64,000 nucleotides of DNA from a bacterium (GTDB taxonomy: Bacteria > UBA8248). The notes beneath the pieces are model-generated. The model searched no databases. It saw nothing but the letters and a program-made list of their open reading frames with translations, and was not told the DNA's origin. Shown here one piece after another: positions 43,130 through 56,898 of the stretch. Each line of letters begins with the position of its first letter. Position 1 is the stretch's first letter. Location of the stretch: assembly GCA_965213685.1 (NCBI GenBank), contig CBDBZY010000064.1, forward strand, positions 448,001-512,000. The letters are read 5' to 3'. The position numbers and the translations under genes are program-made.

Positions 43130-44820
43130 ATCAGTGGTCTCTAGAGGACTAAGAAATGATTAGTTATACGGTTCCACTATATGTACATATTATACACATT
43201 TCAGTACAGAGTTTGGACCGATTTTAATTTAAGAGGACCATACAATTGATGCATGATAATGGTACTCCTATAGGGAGAACAACTCCCCAACTACAAAGCT
43301 GTGCATATTAGGAAGCAACCACCTTGGAAGCCATGGAGAAGGTCACTCCATACAACTGTGAGGTCAGAGTACAGTCCCACACATGTGTGCCATCAGTTTT
43401 TCAATGTGATTGTTAATTAGAAGGAGCAGAGGAGAACCCAAAGGAATGCAGGCTAAGAGGACTGAGGGGCACAAGAGGAAAGATGAAGAGGAGGAGGATT
43501 TGGGGTGGAGGAAGGAGCACAGGAGGACAAGGAGGGAGGGGGGATGGAGGGGGGGATATGTATGAAGTGAGGAAAGGGAGACAGAGGGTATAAGGTACTA
43601 CGGAATAAGCAGTAGCCAACCCTACAGTGCAGGGTGTGGGATGAAGATGGTCGGTGGAGAAAGGGTACAAAACGACCTCAGAATATGAAGTAGCCAGCTA
43701 TGTATGCAGTAGCCAACTGTAATATGTACCATACAGTGGGTGGGTTGTCAATACTCGTATTGATGCGTTGGCAGCACCATCTCTTTGTTCCCCTTGTTGT
43801 GCTTTGCACACATATTATTATACTGTATACATACTATGTTCTTTGAAGACCGCTATTTTACTAGTTGTGCCGTACATTACTAGTGGCATATAATGGTATT
43901 GGCAACGTTATTTCACTGCACGCAGCAATGAGGAGAGAGAGGCACTAGTGCAGCCCCTTCCTAATCTCGCAATTCTCCCCCCACGACTATCCCACCGTCA
44001 TTACAGACTCGGAAGGAGTCACAGCATAGCCAGCAGCCGTGCAACACGCACGTATCTGCATCAAAATGTATCAGAATACTTACCTCAGGTGTAACTTTGG
44101 GTCGTAAAAGGTAACTGCTTCAGCCTTCCCAGCTTTGTAGCCGTAATGGAGATTTCTGTTGTGGTACTCTAGTAATCTACAGTTCTACAGCACTTCGGCA
44201 GTAAGGGAGTGACCTTTCCATGTGTATTTGTGTCACGCGCTTACTTAAGTGGGCATTTTGCACGTGATGCGATCATCCGATCGCGCAGGCTTGGCCTAGA
44301 AGAGGTGACTTTCCGTCACAGGGAACAAAGGCCATGAGCGACTGCGTGGGCGGGAGTTTATATAATGGGATGCGTCGACGTGTCAACGAGCTGCGGTGTG
44401 GATTATCGGAATTGAGGACAATCGAGCCTAAATGCGCGATTATACGTTACATCCAACATCAATCGTCTATTTCTCTGGCCTTGAAACCGAATGACGACCA
44501 CAAGGTTGATCTACCTATCTATGCAGTTTCTTAATGGTGCCAATTTAGCAATTTTGCCAGCCCAAATAATCATTACCGTATTTGTGATTGCAGAATGGGT
44601 AGAGGAGTGGTTGTGTCGCAATATGAAATGGCTAGTACTAGTCGTGCTGTTGCCAGCGCTGTGAGTTCAAATCGTCAGTAGCGCAGCCACACCCACACGA
44701 CTGGTTCATAAGGTGAAGCCATCCTTCATACTGTGGAGCATCGCTGATTGGCATACATGCTTAGGTACATTTATGAATACCAATACGTCAGTCTATGCAC
44801 GTCTGATTATACTGTCCCTG

Positions 44821-44876
44821 TAGCCTCGTTCCCAGGCTCTCTACGCGTGCGCTAGGGGGGAAAGCCTGGGAGGGTA
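44821..44876. mobile_element. Mini hairpin element with 9-bp TSD
   Basis: tagcctcgttcccaggct...agcctgggagggta flanked by ctgtccctg / ctgtgcctg. Confidence 0.7.
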
Positions 44877-45278
44877 CTGTGCCTGTGGAGGCGTAGCCTG
44901 ACCACACCCTTCTAATCGCGCACACGCGAAAGTAGAGTCTCATTCCCAGACACTTTCACGCCTCACTGAGGAACGCGTGTATGTGGTTCCAAATTTTGTC
45001 AATATTCACAGGCTCCTGCTGATCGCGAGACTCGGCTGTTCTTCGCGAGCTGGAACGCTGTATGACAGCGTTCCTAGACGTTCACGCAGTACGCGAGATC
45101 GTCTTGGTAAGACGATTTAACTGTGTTTGTTGTGTTGTGATAGAAATCATTTTAGTAGTGACTCAATGCAGCATCAGCCAGTTAATTAAGATATAACTTA
45201 AAAGCATGGACCTCAGGAAACAATGCCGTTACGTCACAATGCATGTTAGCACGTGACAACTGAAGACTATTAATATTT

Positions 45279-45453
45279 CATAGGCGTAGGAAGGGGGGCT
45301 GGGGGGCTGGAGCCCCCCTCAATATTTTTCTGCAGGGGGCAGAGCCCCCCCAATATTTTAGGCCTGACTCTTGTTGACATAATCATAAGCTCCTCCCCAA
45401 AAGTGCTTAAAGGCTTTGTGCTCTCCAATATTTATGCCTCACATACGCCTATG
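45279..45453. mobile_element. MITE with CATAGGCGTA TIRs and 5-bp TSD TATTT
   Basis: tattt|cataggcgta...tacgcctatg|tattt. Confidence 0.75.
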
Positions 45454-45552
45454 TATTTGCGACGATGCCTCAACTTGAGCTGGAGTGCATCCTCCCATTC
45501 TGTAGTTACACGTTAATTGATCAACAGTCTACAAGTGCCAATGAATGATCAA

Positions 45553-45598
<46 letters not shown>

Positions 45599-45639
45599 TT
45601 GACACTGATCCTCCCCTCGGCTCAGTCAGCTGAGAGAAT

Positions 45640-47843
45640 ATGGGGGTCTCCACAAAGCAACAAACTGCCAACTATACCCTGAGGTATCTCCTGACTGTTT
45701 CAGCTTCTGATGTGGCAGAATTTGGTAGGTCCACGCACAGGAATAGATCAAGAACCACAAGTCCCTGGGCCATGAACGGACACATACATGTACATGTAGA
45801 CTTAACTTTGTGTTAAGACACAGCCAAAACGGGAACAATGTGGCATTGTGTGGGCTACATAACACTAGTAGTGAGCTATGGTACACTGAATTCTTGTGTA
45901 AGTAGGAGTTCAGAAGTGCGAAAGGTTTTGAGAACCGTACATGCTGTCCATACCCTTCGATATCTCCTCACTTCTCTCTTCCTCTGTTGCTATCCTCTTT
46001 GTGTCTCCCAGTAACCTTCCCACTAGACATCACAAAGACCAGACTACAGGTACAGGGTCAGTTAAACTGTACAGCTCCGTACAGAGGAATGACAAAGACA
46101 GCCCTGGGCATTGGTAAGGAAGGATTAAGATTCAGTGTACTAGGTTGAGTATGTGTTATATCCTTGGTGTTCTTGTTGCAGTCCATGAGGAAGGTTTCCT
46201 GAAGCTGTGGAGAGGAATACCACCTGCTCTTTTTAGACATTGCTGTGAGAATGTACAATGTCATGTAAAGACTTCATCTTAACAAATAGATTGTACGGAG
46301 ACTACATGTACTAGTTTGTACGACCGTTCTTGATTCATGATAGAGAACATTAAACATAGTTACATATGGTTTCTCTTAATCTCGTTTCTCTCTGCACACA
46401 GTTTACTCATCTCGAGTTCTGTTTTATGAGATTATCAGAAAACATGTCTTTAAACGGGACAAAAATGGCAGATTTCCACTCTGGTGAGGTGACCTTCAGT
46501 AACCAGTGTGCCTGTCAGTAGTGATCTGTTGCACTGTTGTTGCTGCTGCATGTTCTATGAACAACAACCGTGACACAGGAAATCAGTACCATCAGCAATG
46601 ATTGCTGGGGTGATGGGGCAGTTCTTGGCTAGTCCAACCGACCTGGTGAAGATCAGACTACAAGTGGAGGGGAAGAGATTGCTAGAGGGCCATCTTCCAA
46701 GGTTAGTGACATGAAGAAGGTGGTCAAGTAGAGCAGGGAGGCAGGGAGATTTGTAGGCACAAATCTTTCCTGGTAAAGCCTGCTTGAGAGGCGAAGCCTG
46801 CCAGGAGTAGTGCTTCCAACCTCTCTCCTAGCCACAAAGTGAGGGAGGGAGAAGGAAAAGTAGGGGAGAGAGAGAACAGAGATAATGAGTCCCTACTCTG
46901 ACATAGGCATCACGGCATGTGGGACGCATTCCGGGCTATAGTGAGATCAGATGGGGTAAGAGGACTGTGGAGTGGTTGGGTACCGAACTGCCAGAGAGCG
47001 GCACTGGTGTGTCTTGGAGGTAGGGATATCTGGTGACATGCTGAGCTACACCTTATTATGTCTCAACTATGCCACTTTCCACTGCAGGACTCACAACCTA
47101 TGACATAGCGAAGCAAATGATACTCAGAAACACTAGGCTTGAAGATGGTACAACTACTCATACTTTGTCAAGGTACACCTTCATATACATCTAATTTTAA
47201 TCTACTTTCAAACTTCTACTTTTGTTTTCAAAAGCCATTTTTAGTTTCTTTTGAAGTGTACAGTAGATGCTCACGTAGTTTCAATTTTTATGTTGTCAGT
47301 ATGCTGTTTCTCTCTTCTCCCACCCTCTCTCTGTCTGTCTGTCTGTCTGTCTGTCTCTGACATGTGCAGTGCATGTGCTGGTCTGGTAGCCTCTATTTTG
47401 AGCACCCCAGCTGACGTGATAAAGTCCAGGATGATGAGTCAGAGTTATGAGAATGGTAGAGGAATCCACTACCCATCAACTCTGCAATGTTTACACTTGA
47501 CTGTAAGAGCTTACCACTATGCATACAGTGCTCAACAATATTGCTAATGTAGATGTTATTTTCCAATTTCTCACAGGCTCCTCTTAGGTGTATTATTGTT
47601 TCCCATCTCCATACAGGTTCGTGGTGAAGGATTCTTTGCTCTCTACAAAGGTTTCTTTCCCACGTGGATAAGACTGGTGATTATGCAATACTCATAAACC
47701 TTCCACAACTACCAACATCAGATTCTGCTTCTAATGTACATACATTTCATTTCCTTATCCCCATACTGCAGGGTCCATGGTTGTTAACCTTTTGGATTGT
47801 GTATGAGGAGATCAGAGTATTGGCTGGAATTGATACTTTTTAG
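45640..47843 (+). CDS. SLC25A27: Mitochondrial uncoupling protein 4-like carrier, paralog A (multi-exon)
   Basis: VAEF|[91 protein letters not shown]. Confidence 0.88.
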
Positions 47844-48654
47844 TAAAATGTCATCAGTCAAAATTATTTATTTTAATGTTTTTATTACCTGTGTGGACAC
47901 TCAATATCACAGACGTAACTTATAATTAGGACTACAAAACTTCATGGTGGAATTATGCTCACTATAACATTAGCAATACAGTCCGGGAACTGAATAACTC
48001 ATTTTGGGTATGTGGGATGCACAGCAGTCGTCAATGTATATTCCTGACATCCTGTCACTGATCAGGAAGTCTTGTCTTAGTACGTACTCACGCTCATTTT
48101 ACTTTGAAGAGTTAGCCTGGTCAACTGGCCCTCCATCCCCGCATGGTGGAATGGTGAGACTCTCTGTTATAGGAGTTTATACGTAACTATGATACACCAG
48201 TCATGTAAGGGAACTCTCCGTACTATGTGTAAACCGAGTAGCTGTGGAACTTTACCTCGTAAATACTAGGGTCATGATAACAAAAAAGCTCTACATATAG
48301 ATTTGCTGCGTACATTTTGAATAGCAGCAAATTAAAATGGACAATGAAGTCCCCTAGCTTGGTAGCTCATTCTTCGCTCGGTTGTTTTATTCCCAAAGTT
48401 CTTGCAAAGATTATTCTGGTGGGAGGTAAGGTTCATCACCACTCGCGGTCTACATAATTATAGACCTACCCGATTTCCGGTTGGAAACTAGCCCCACCCA
48501 CCACAAAACCACCATCATGTCTGACCCTTGACCCTTCCACCACTTAGCGAAAACTGCAGGTGTGTAGCAACTCTGCGTGCGTTGAAGTGTAGCTCGGCCG
48601 ACGGTCAACCAATTCAAATGGTGTATTGCTTGTCCTGTGCACAGATCCAGTGGT

Positions 48655-51600
48655 ATGGCGCCTTCTCCCAGGGATAAGGACCCTTTTGTTCTGAAATACC
48701 TTCTGACAATATCAGCTGCAGCTGTTGCAGAGTTTGGTAAGGACTCTGAAGTGATAGAATACAAGTAGATAAGCCAAGTGGATACAGACATTCTAGAAGC
48801 AGCACACAGGTCTATTTCAACTGTTTTCTGTTTCCTTACAAACACAAGTAATAATGTGTTCATGTTAACCTTCACTCTGACTCTGTCAGTTCCTGTTTCT
48901 GTATATAACCTTCCTTCCTACTATCGCATCTTATGACCCAATCTCTGTCCTCACCCTCCTCTACTCTTCCTCCCTTTCTCACATCCTTTCTTTCATTTTC
49001 CTTTCTACCTCCCCTCGTTCTCCCATTCCTCCTCTTCCTCTCTCTCCACCTACTCTTCCGTTACTCCCTACTCCATGCTCCCTCTGTTTGTATCAACCAA
49101 ACTTCCACCCCTTCATCTCACTCACTTTATTCTCCTGCACGTATCTGTGTGTCATCTCCTTTCATTTTGTTTATTGTTTGCACTTCCCCTCCCCTCTCCC
49201 CTTTTCCCCTCCCCCCCTTTCTCTCTATGCCTCTTTACACTCCCCCTCCCTCCCTTCCCCCTCCGCCCCACCCCCCCCCACCCCCCCCCCCTTTCTCTCT
49301 ATGCCTTTTTACCCCCCCCCCCCCCCCCTTCCCCTCCCCCTTCTCTCTATGCCTTTTTGCTTCTTCCTGCTTTCCTCCCTTTGTATTTTAGTAACCTTCC
49401 CTCTGGACATCACCAAAACTAGGCTGCAAGTGCAAGGCCAATTGCAGTCAGCAACTCCATACAGAGGAATGATAAGTACTGCCATCGGCATAGGTCAGTT
49501 ACTTTTAAAACATCCCCACTCACAATTATTATGCTAAGTCTAGTGTGAGTGGTATAGAGGCATAATATTTCTTCATGTAGTTCGGGAAGAAGGATTCCGG
49601 AGATTATGGAGAGGGATCAAGCCAGCCATACTAAGGCACACTAGTAAGGCTAAAATGCAGGGTGCTAGATCTAGATGGCAACTCTGAAGGTTACATACAA
49701 GCTGTGTGACTATGAAGACTTAAGGCCAGCCATCTGTGTTGCACGTGCATGACATGTAATACCCACACTCCCAGTCACCCCAGCACAGCTGATGAGGCCT
49801 GGTATTGGCCGAAATGCATCCTGCGCATTGGGTGACTGTTTAACATCTAGGCCTAAGGGCTGTTCGCAGCTTAGGGAGTTGTGGTTCTCGACTTACTCAT
49901 GTATACTGTAGTTCACCTCAGTTGTGTATACATGTGAGTGTGTTGTATGTACAATGGAGGCATGGCTGCTAATTGTTCTTCCTGCAAGTCTATTCTGGAT
50001 GCCGGATGTCATTTTATGAGGCCATTCGAGACCACATATTCAAAAGAGATAGTTCAGGAAGATACCCTCTCTGGTAAGGCACGATGCACCTGTGTTTGGA
50101 GTTTGAATGTGCATGTATTTAGACAGACACATCTCAAATACATGTATATAAGATATTATCAATCCCTCATGTAAGTAGATTTACTATGGACACACCTTGT
50201 ACATATGCATATTCTGAGCAGTAACAGCATCAGTGCCACTTAGAGCGTTTTTGTAGCTCAGCCAGACACCTCTTACAGCTGAGTCTTGCCATGCATTTAC
50301 AGTAATTATCTATGGCATATTTCACTACATCTGAAAGCCATTCCTGATAATTTCTGAGGTAGTGTCATAAGCCTAAGCTAATAGATTGCTGGCCACAGTT
50401 TGTGGATTGCTACAGGCAGTAGATCACTTCTAGATAATACAGCCCTCCATTGCAAGTCTGTGTTCCCACATGCAGGAAAGCAATCCCAACTGGTATGATT
50501 GCAGGGGCAGGGGGACAATTTTTGGCTAGTCCAACTGACCTGGTGAAGGTCAGACTGCAAGTGGAGGGGAAACGAGTGCTAGAGGGTCACCCTCCAAGGT
50601 CAGTTACACACCCCAAAACTAACAAAGGAGAGGCAGGGGAGGGTTCTGCTACCCATCTTGCACCTGATGAGAGACGGGGTCTACTACAAGTGTCTGTGTA
50701 GTAAAGTGATAGACATAAATACACAAGAAGTGTACATGCACGTACATGTATTTTGCTTCATGCTGGCCACTACACATGCATGCACAGATGTGGAGTTAAC
50801 CATTTCTGAGCATGACTAGCTCACGTTCCTGAGTGTGACCAACATGTATATACATATGTACATGCATTGCAAGATAGATCCTGGATTAGTTTCCTCGCAC
50901 TAATGCACTCACTATTAGTGTTTTATAATCAGGCTTGACTGTAGGAATAGGTAGAAAGATCATTGGATATAGAGGCAATAAGATTGGGAAGGAGGGGAAC
51001 AGTTACTACACAACAGAAAGAAGTGAGTTCCACAAGCCTATCATGACCTCACCCTCTCTCCCAGGTACCGTGGCACATGGGATGCATTTCGCTCCATTGT
51101 GCGTTCAGAGGGTGTGAGGGGGTTGTGGAGTGGCTGGGCACCAAACTGCCAGAGAGCTGCTCTAGTGTGCCTTGGAGGTAGGAACATTCTTGTACAATTC
51201 ATTTTCATCAAGAGGTGGAGGGATGGTTTTATGTTTTACCTTCTTGTGGATACTGCACTGCCTACCTTTTCTTTCTTTGCTTCCTGGCCTGAAATTGCTA
51301 CATCTGCATGACAATAATTATAGTTGTCTCACTCTCTTTGCACAATAATAGCGGACATTAGTGTTTCAATCACTCTGCACTTCAGCTGTGCTAGAAAATA
51401 TAATGAACCAAATTTTTGCAGTGCTGGAACTCAAAATTGTAATTGTAAGAAAAAGATATGAAAGTGAAATGTAGCAACACATTTCATACTTGGGTTATAT
51501 AATTCAAAAGATAGACCAATAATTACATATGATGCTAAGTATGTTGGTGTTCACGAATGTAGAAAGCTCTATAGTCATGGTAGTGCTATCCCTGCATAGA

Positions 51601-52771
51601 GAGTGTGCCACCTCTCTGACATAGGCTATGTTGATACATATTATATGTAATAGCAGAAGAGAGTAGAGGGAGTATACTAAGGTTTATAGTGTAGAGTTGG
51701 GTAGGGTATAGATTATCTTCTTTCATGAGTGAAATTTCTTACCCATAGATCTTACTACATATGACACAGTGAAACAAGCAATACTCAGAAACACTAATTT
51801 AAAGGATAATGCCATTACCCATGCTATGTCAAGGTAGGTAATAAACAGTGTTTGTATTATATAGGCTTAGAGATTTGTGTCTCGGTTCAGTGCTCCTGTT
51901 CAACTGCTACCGTGTATGAATGTTGACACACATGTAGCGGGGCTTCAGGTCTAGTATCTGCTACCATGGGGACACCAGCAGATGTGGTAAAGACGAGAAT
52001 GATGAGCCAACCTTATGAAAATGGAAGAGGACTCTACTACTCCTCTACTATGGACTGCTTGGTCTCAACAGTCAGTGAAGCACACTGCTCTAGTTGCCTG
52101 TGTTTGTGAATATTATGATTTCAACTATGGTATATGTTTGTTCTCTCTCTACAGGTCAGACAAGAAGGAGTCTTTGCTCTTTACAAAGGCTTCATTCCAA
52201 CTTGGTCTAGAATGGTATATTTCTATTCCTCATTCATGTATCAATATTACCAAATACTTGGTTACTGAGTGTAAATTTAGCACCAGTGCTTTCCTTTGTG
52301 TACAGTGTTCCTACCATGCTTACTTTGTAACCTGACTCCTCCATATTATATTGGCTAAGAACTGCCTATTTCAAAATATAGTGTTATAATGTGAGTGTGC
52401 TGCAGCACTGCACTTAAGAATGTAAACACAAAAGAGTGATGAGTTCATACTCAAGAAGGTCATTTTTTCCAGCAGTTTCACCATTCCCATCACTCATAGT
52501 GCAACTCCTTGTTTATAGGAAGGCAGCTACTTATCTCCAGGTGCACCAATGACATTTATAGCTCCTATTTTCAATATTGCATTCCTCATCAATGAACAAT
52601 TTCAAAGCAGTAGCTCATTTTCTTTGGTGTGTCTGCATGCTTCCACGTAGTTTGTTAGTAGTTCTAATGTGCAATACTATGTGCTATCTCTCTCCTCAGG
52701 CTCCATGGTCACTAACATTTTGGCTGGTGTACGAGGAGATTAGAGTTTTAGCTGGTATTGGTAACTTTTAG
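48655..52771 (+). CDS. SLC25A27: Mitochondrial uncoupling protein 4-like carrier, paralog B (multi-exon)
   Basis: Same exon structure as paralog A: [63 protein letters not shown]. Confidence 0.9.
49772..49838 (+). ncRNA. Minimal type I hammerhead ribozyme (Penelope-like element type)
   Basis: cagtcaccc-ca-gcacag CTGATGA ggcc tggtatt ggcc GAAA tgca TC ctgcgc-att-gggtgactg: intact core, 4-bp stem II, palindromic stem III, extended stem I. Confidence 0.75.
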
Positions 52772-53296
52772 GTAGTAATATATCATGCTATGACAGTTAG
52801 GATTCAAATGTGTATTTATGTGAAACAATAGCACATAGTGTGAAATACAGTAAAGTATTTATTCATATATAACACCAACAAAATTGGCTGTATGCTATCA
52901 TACAAGAGATTAGTATAGTAAGATGGGGATTGCGTGTAAACAATGCAGTGCATGGTATATAGGTTAGGGGTACCATATAGGGAAGAAAGCAGTGAAATAG
53001 TGATCACAGTGTTAATTTAATTGAATGCGAGAGGTTATTGCTAATCGATTATAGTAGGCCTACATGATTGTAGTATAAAGTAAAATTAATGCTAGAATTA
53101 TGGGAGTGTGATAAAGATCAAGGGAGTTCAAGAACACGCAACAAGGCTGAAAGTTTAATTCAGGCAATCTTTTACTTCCACTGATGGTTGGTAAGTAATA
53201 CCTGAAGCAGGAGACGTTGCTGATAACGCCTGACAATTTTTGCTTCAATCCGTGACTATAACTTTACCTCACACATATGGCAGGAGACTTAGACCC

Positions 53297-53482
53297 ACAA
53301 GATGGGGCTGAAATATGTTGGTGCCAAAATCTTTATACACAACATTGACAATCTTTTGATAAATTATAATAAACAACGTTTCGGCCCCTGTCTTTCCTGG
53401 CCTGGCCGAAACTTTGTGAATAATATATGATTATCAAAGATTTTTGCAACAATCTTGGCACCAACATAGTCCAGCCTGTCTT
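53297..53482. repeat. Imperfect ~185-bp inverted repeat
   Basis: tatgttggtgccaaaat...tttgataa...gtttcggcc / ggccgaaac...ttatcaaa...atcttggcaccaacata. Confidence 0.65.
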
Positions 53483-53700
53483 CTATATCACTTGGAAATT
53501 TCTAGCTGCGACTGACTTCAATATGTCATGAGATGACAGGTACAAAATGCATTGTGCAATTAAAAAGATGTAGAAATTAGATTAATTGTGTAGTCCTAGT
53601 GTACCCTGTCTGACTAGTTTTCATGGTTTTATGGCGCTGCCATTCCTTTATACTTGTTCTTTGCTGTACAAAATACACAAAGGCAGACGCGGTTCTTGCA

Positions 53701-53778
53701 TAGTCCGGCGTAGCCTGACCACACCCTTCTAACCGCGTGTGCGCGATTAGAAGGGTGTGGTCAGGCTACGCCAGACTA
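53701..53778. mobile_element. 78-bp TAG..CTA hairpin element with perfect 9-bp TSD
   Basis: gttcttgca|tagtccggcgtagcctgaccacacccttctaaccgcg tgtg cgcgattagaagggtgtggtcaggctacgccagacta|gttcttgca; half copy near 44889-44925. Confidence 0.85.
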
Positions 53779-53979
53779 GTTCTTGCAGACTCCTTGCAGA
53801 CGCTAGCAAACAAATAGTAACCACAGCAGCTTTTGCTGTGTGTCAGAGTAAGGGAACAAGGGGACCACCACTTAGTGGGTGGGGCTGAGGCACACTAGAG
53901 ACACTAGTTAGCCCGGCTATAAAGTACAGCGTCCACACGTCGTGTATGTAACTCGTAAAACTAGCATCAATATTTGTTG

Positions 53980-54463
53980 TACAATAGTACAGTGAATTAA
54001 GATACGGCTCATACAAACTCATATCAGGCATAGAGAAAACTACAGTAGCCGCGAACGCTCGGGCGAACGAAAAATTTATAGGCGTGGTTTCGCGTGACCA
54101 GCCCTCACGTACTCCAAGAGTAGAGAAGTGTCTGGGGCTTCTAGTTTCTGATCACCAGGATTGGAAAGGTAAAAACATTCTGTTAGCAAAGGCACTACGC
54201 ACACAGAAATGGAGGAGATTCGTACGAGAATCACGGTGACATCTTCAGCCACTTGAAGAAAAAAAATGGAACGAACGATCACTGCTTCTTTTCAGTAAGT
54301 CTAGCGACGTCTTTTAGCCTTTAGAGGGTATCGTTGGATACAGAAACACTGGAATAGGATAGCTAAGCGCCCAGAAAGGTTTAGAACGGGAGTATTCGCC
54401 CGTGTTTAAACCTATGCACGCGCACCATGGGCGTGTTGGCGCCATCCCTTCTACGGACTCTGA
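53980..54463. mobile_element. Diverged solo arm related to the 10779-13400 foldback element
   Basis: gggtatcgttggatacagaa..gaatagga..agaaaggtttagaacgggagtattcgc..gcgcaccatgggcgtgttggcgccatccct..ctctga resembles 13245-13400. Confidence 0.7.
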
Positions 54464-54920
54464 TGTACCACTATCATAGTGAATTCAAAATCAAAACCAT
54501 ACATGTGTACTCCATCTACATTTTGCTCTGCATACTGTAACAGCTGTAATGTCATATCCAGCCTATATTCTTATCAAATATAATTGACGGTGTTCCAGAC
54601 CTAATTTTTTCGCATGTACTCCTTTGTTCCTGAAGCATGGTGCTGCTGTTACGAAGTCTGTAGCTGTGTGAAAGTTACTGCAGCAATATGGCAACCAGTT
54701 GTCAAGAGTAACCTGATCTACAGAGATCACAGTTCCTGACTAGTAACATGATCAGCAGAGATTACAATTCTTGTAACCTGATCTGCTTGAATGCGGAGTG
54801 CCAGACTTTACATAAGCAGGCATAATTAATGTTAATGAATGTGAAGCAGTGTAATAGCTGACCCACCCAAGGACCGTTGCTGATTCCCACTTTCAATCTT
54901 CCAATTGTTCAATAAAAATA

Positions 54921-56898
54921 TTAATAATAATAATAATAATAATAATACTTTTATTGACAACGGAAGCCGGGGTGGCTTATTTGCCATGCAGTGGTACACA
55001 AATGCAATTTAAATGACTTATACACAAAAGCAGATAGTTCACATAGAATGTGCACATTTGTGGATGTTAGCAGATATATGAACTTGTCAGTTGTGCTGAG
55101 CCACTGGAAAGGCGGATAATAAGCATGAACCATTGCAAAAAGTTCCCGACGTAATGTCGAGAATCTGGGACACACACAAATGAAGTGTATCTCATCTTCC
55201 ACCATCTGGCATCTCCGACACAGCCGAAGGGGTACAGGAGTAGGTGTTGGCTTATGATACCTGCCGACTTCAATTTCAAGGCGATGGCAGCTTAGTCTTA
55301 ATCGAGTGAGGGCCACTCTATGCTTTACATTTGCCACGATAGATAAATATGGTTCCTGCTCAAACTTTCTTTTAAAAAGTTGATAGGTTCTTAACTTATT
55401 TCTACCACTTCCTCTTGTACTAGTTGTTCTATGGAGCTTCTGATACCAGGATTGGATGTACTGGTCTCAGTAACGTAGCATTATTAAGTTGGTTAACTCT
55501 TTGTCACAGCCATTATATGTAAAGGCAGAAGCAAAACCTGCCCCCTCAAATATTGCTTGCACCTTGGTTAGCCAACATTGTTTGCCTTTTTCAAGCAAGT
55601 GCTTTAGATGAAGAATTGCATGTCTGAGTAGTACTGGAGCATCCTCTGAGCAGAGTCTGTTCCAGTATCTCAAAATCCTCTCTTTCCATAACAGATGGAT
55701 AGGTAGTTCACCAAGTTCACCTCGAATAGCTGCTGTAGTTGCATTAGGTGGGAGGTAAAGAACAAACTTAAGGTAGTGGTCTTCAACTCTCTCCAAATCT
55801 TGCCCTCATGAAACCCCCATAACTCACAACCATAAAATAGAATGGGTACAATCATTACATCATAAAATGTTAAGGCCACTGGGACTGGAGGGTAGAGCAG
55901 CTTGGAGAGTGCTGATTTAAGGGAAAAAACTGCCTTTTTTCCTTGATTACTAAGATGTCTTTTAGCTGTCCTGAATTCCCCATTTGATGTTACCCACACT
56001 CCCAGATACTTGTATGCACTCACTCTCTCCAGTGGGATACCTTCCCAGAAGAATGGCAATTTATCATGATTGTTACCAAATATGCAAATCTTAGTTTTCT
56101 CAGTATTGATTATTAGGTTCCACTTGTGACAGAATGTTTGCAGGGAGCTCAGGTGTTTTCTCAAACCATTTGCACTTGGAGACAATAGCAAAACATCATC
56201 TGCAAACATTAATATACTTAAAAACATATCATTTAATTGAGCTCCATCATGGTTGCCCAAAATGTCTGACTCCAGATCACTTATGAATAGGCTGAAGAGT
56301 AGTGGGCTAAGGTTGCATCCTTGTCTCACACCTTTCTGACTTGGAAATGGCTCTGTACTCTCACACCTGGACACTCTGACTCTCGATACAGCCTGGAGAT
56401 ACATTGATTTGATTACGTTAAGGCACTGCTGACTTATTCCTAATGCAACCAGTTTATTCCATAATAAATTGTGATTCACATTATCAAAAGCTTTACTGAA
56501 ATCCACAAAACAGGCAAAGAGAGCTCTCTTTTGCAACTTTGCACTTTGAATGAGACTGTTAAGGATGAACAAACAATCTGGTGTTCTCCGATTCTTCCGA
56601 AATCCAAATTGTGTTTCAGGTAGTAGCTATAGACCTCTCATTTCAGCCCAGTCATTAAGTCTGTTGAATAGCACAGTAGTGAAGAGCTTTCCAATACAGT
56701 TGAGTAGTGTTATTCCTCTATAATTATTAGGGTCCCATTTGCCACCTGCCTTGTGAATAGGGCATATAACTCCAGTAGACCAAGAAGCAGGATATTCACC
56801 AGTTCGCAAAACCTGATTTAACAGGATGGTAATTAGTCGTTCATTTAAGGCTTTGTATACATCTGGTGGGATTCCATCATCACCTGGAGATTTTCCTG
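54921..56898 (-). mobile_element. 5'-truncated RTEX-like LINE with (ATT)n tail
   Basis: PNNYRGITLL, FVDFSKAFD, GVRQGCNLSP, MFADD, and a C-terminal RLCRRC..EDEIHF..CP zinc knuckle; absent from the paralogous site at ~61900. Confidence 0.85.

Noticed and set aside
48933-49391. Pro/Leu/Phe-rich ORFs
   Set aside because: Polypyrimidine tract in the first coding intron of UCP4-B.
50664-50700. Second hammerhead (ctgatgagagacggggtct)
   Set aside because: No GAAA after stem II and no stem I or III.
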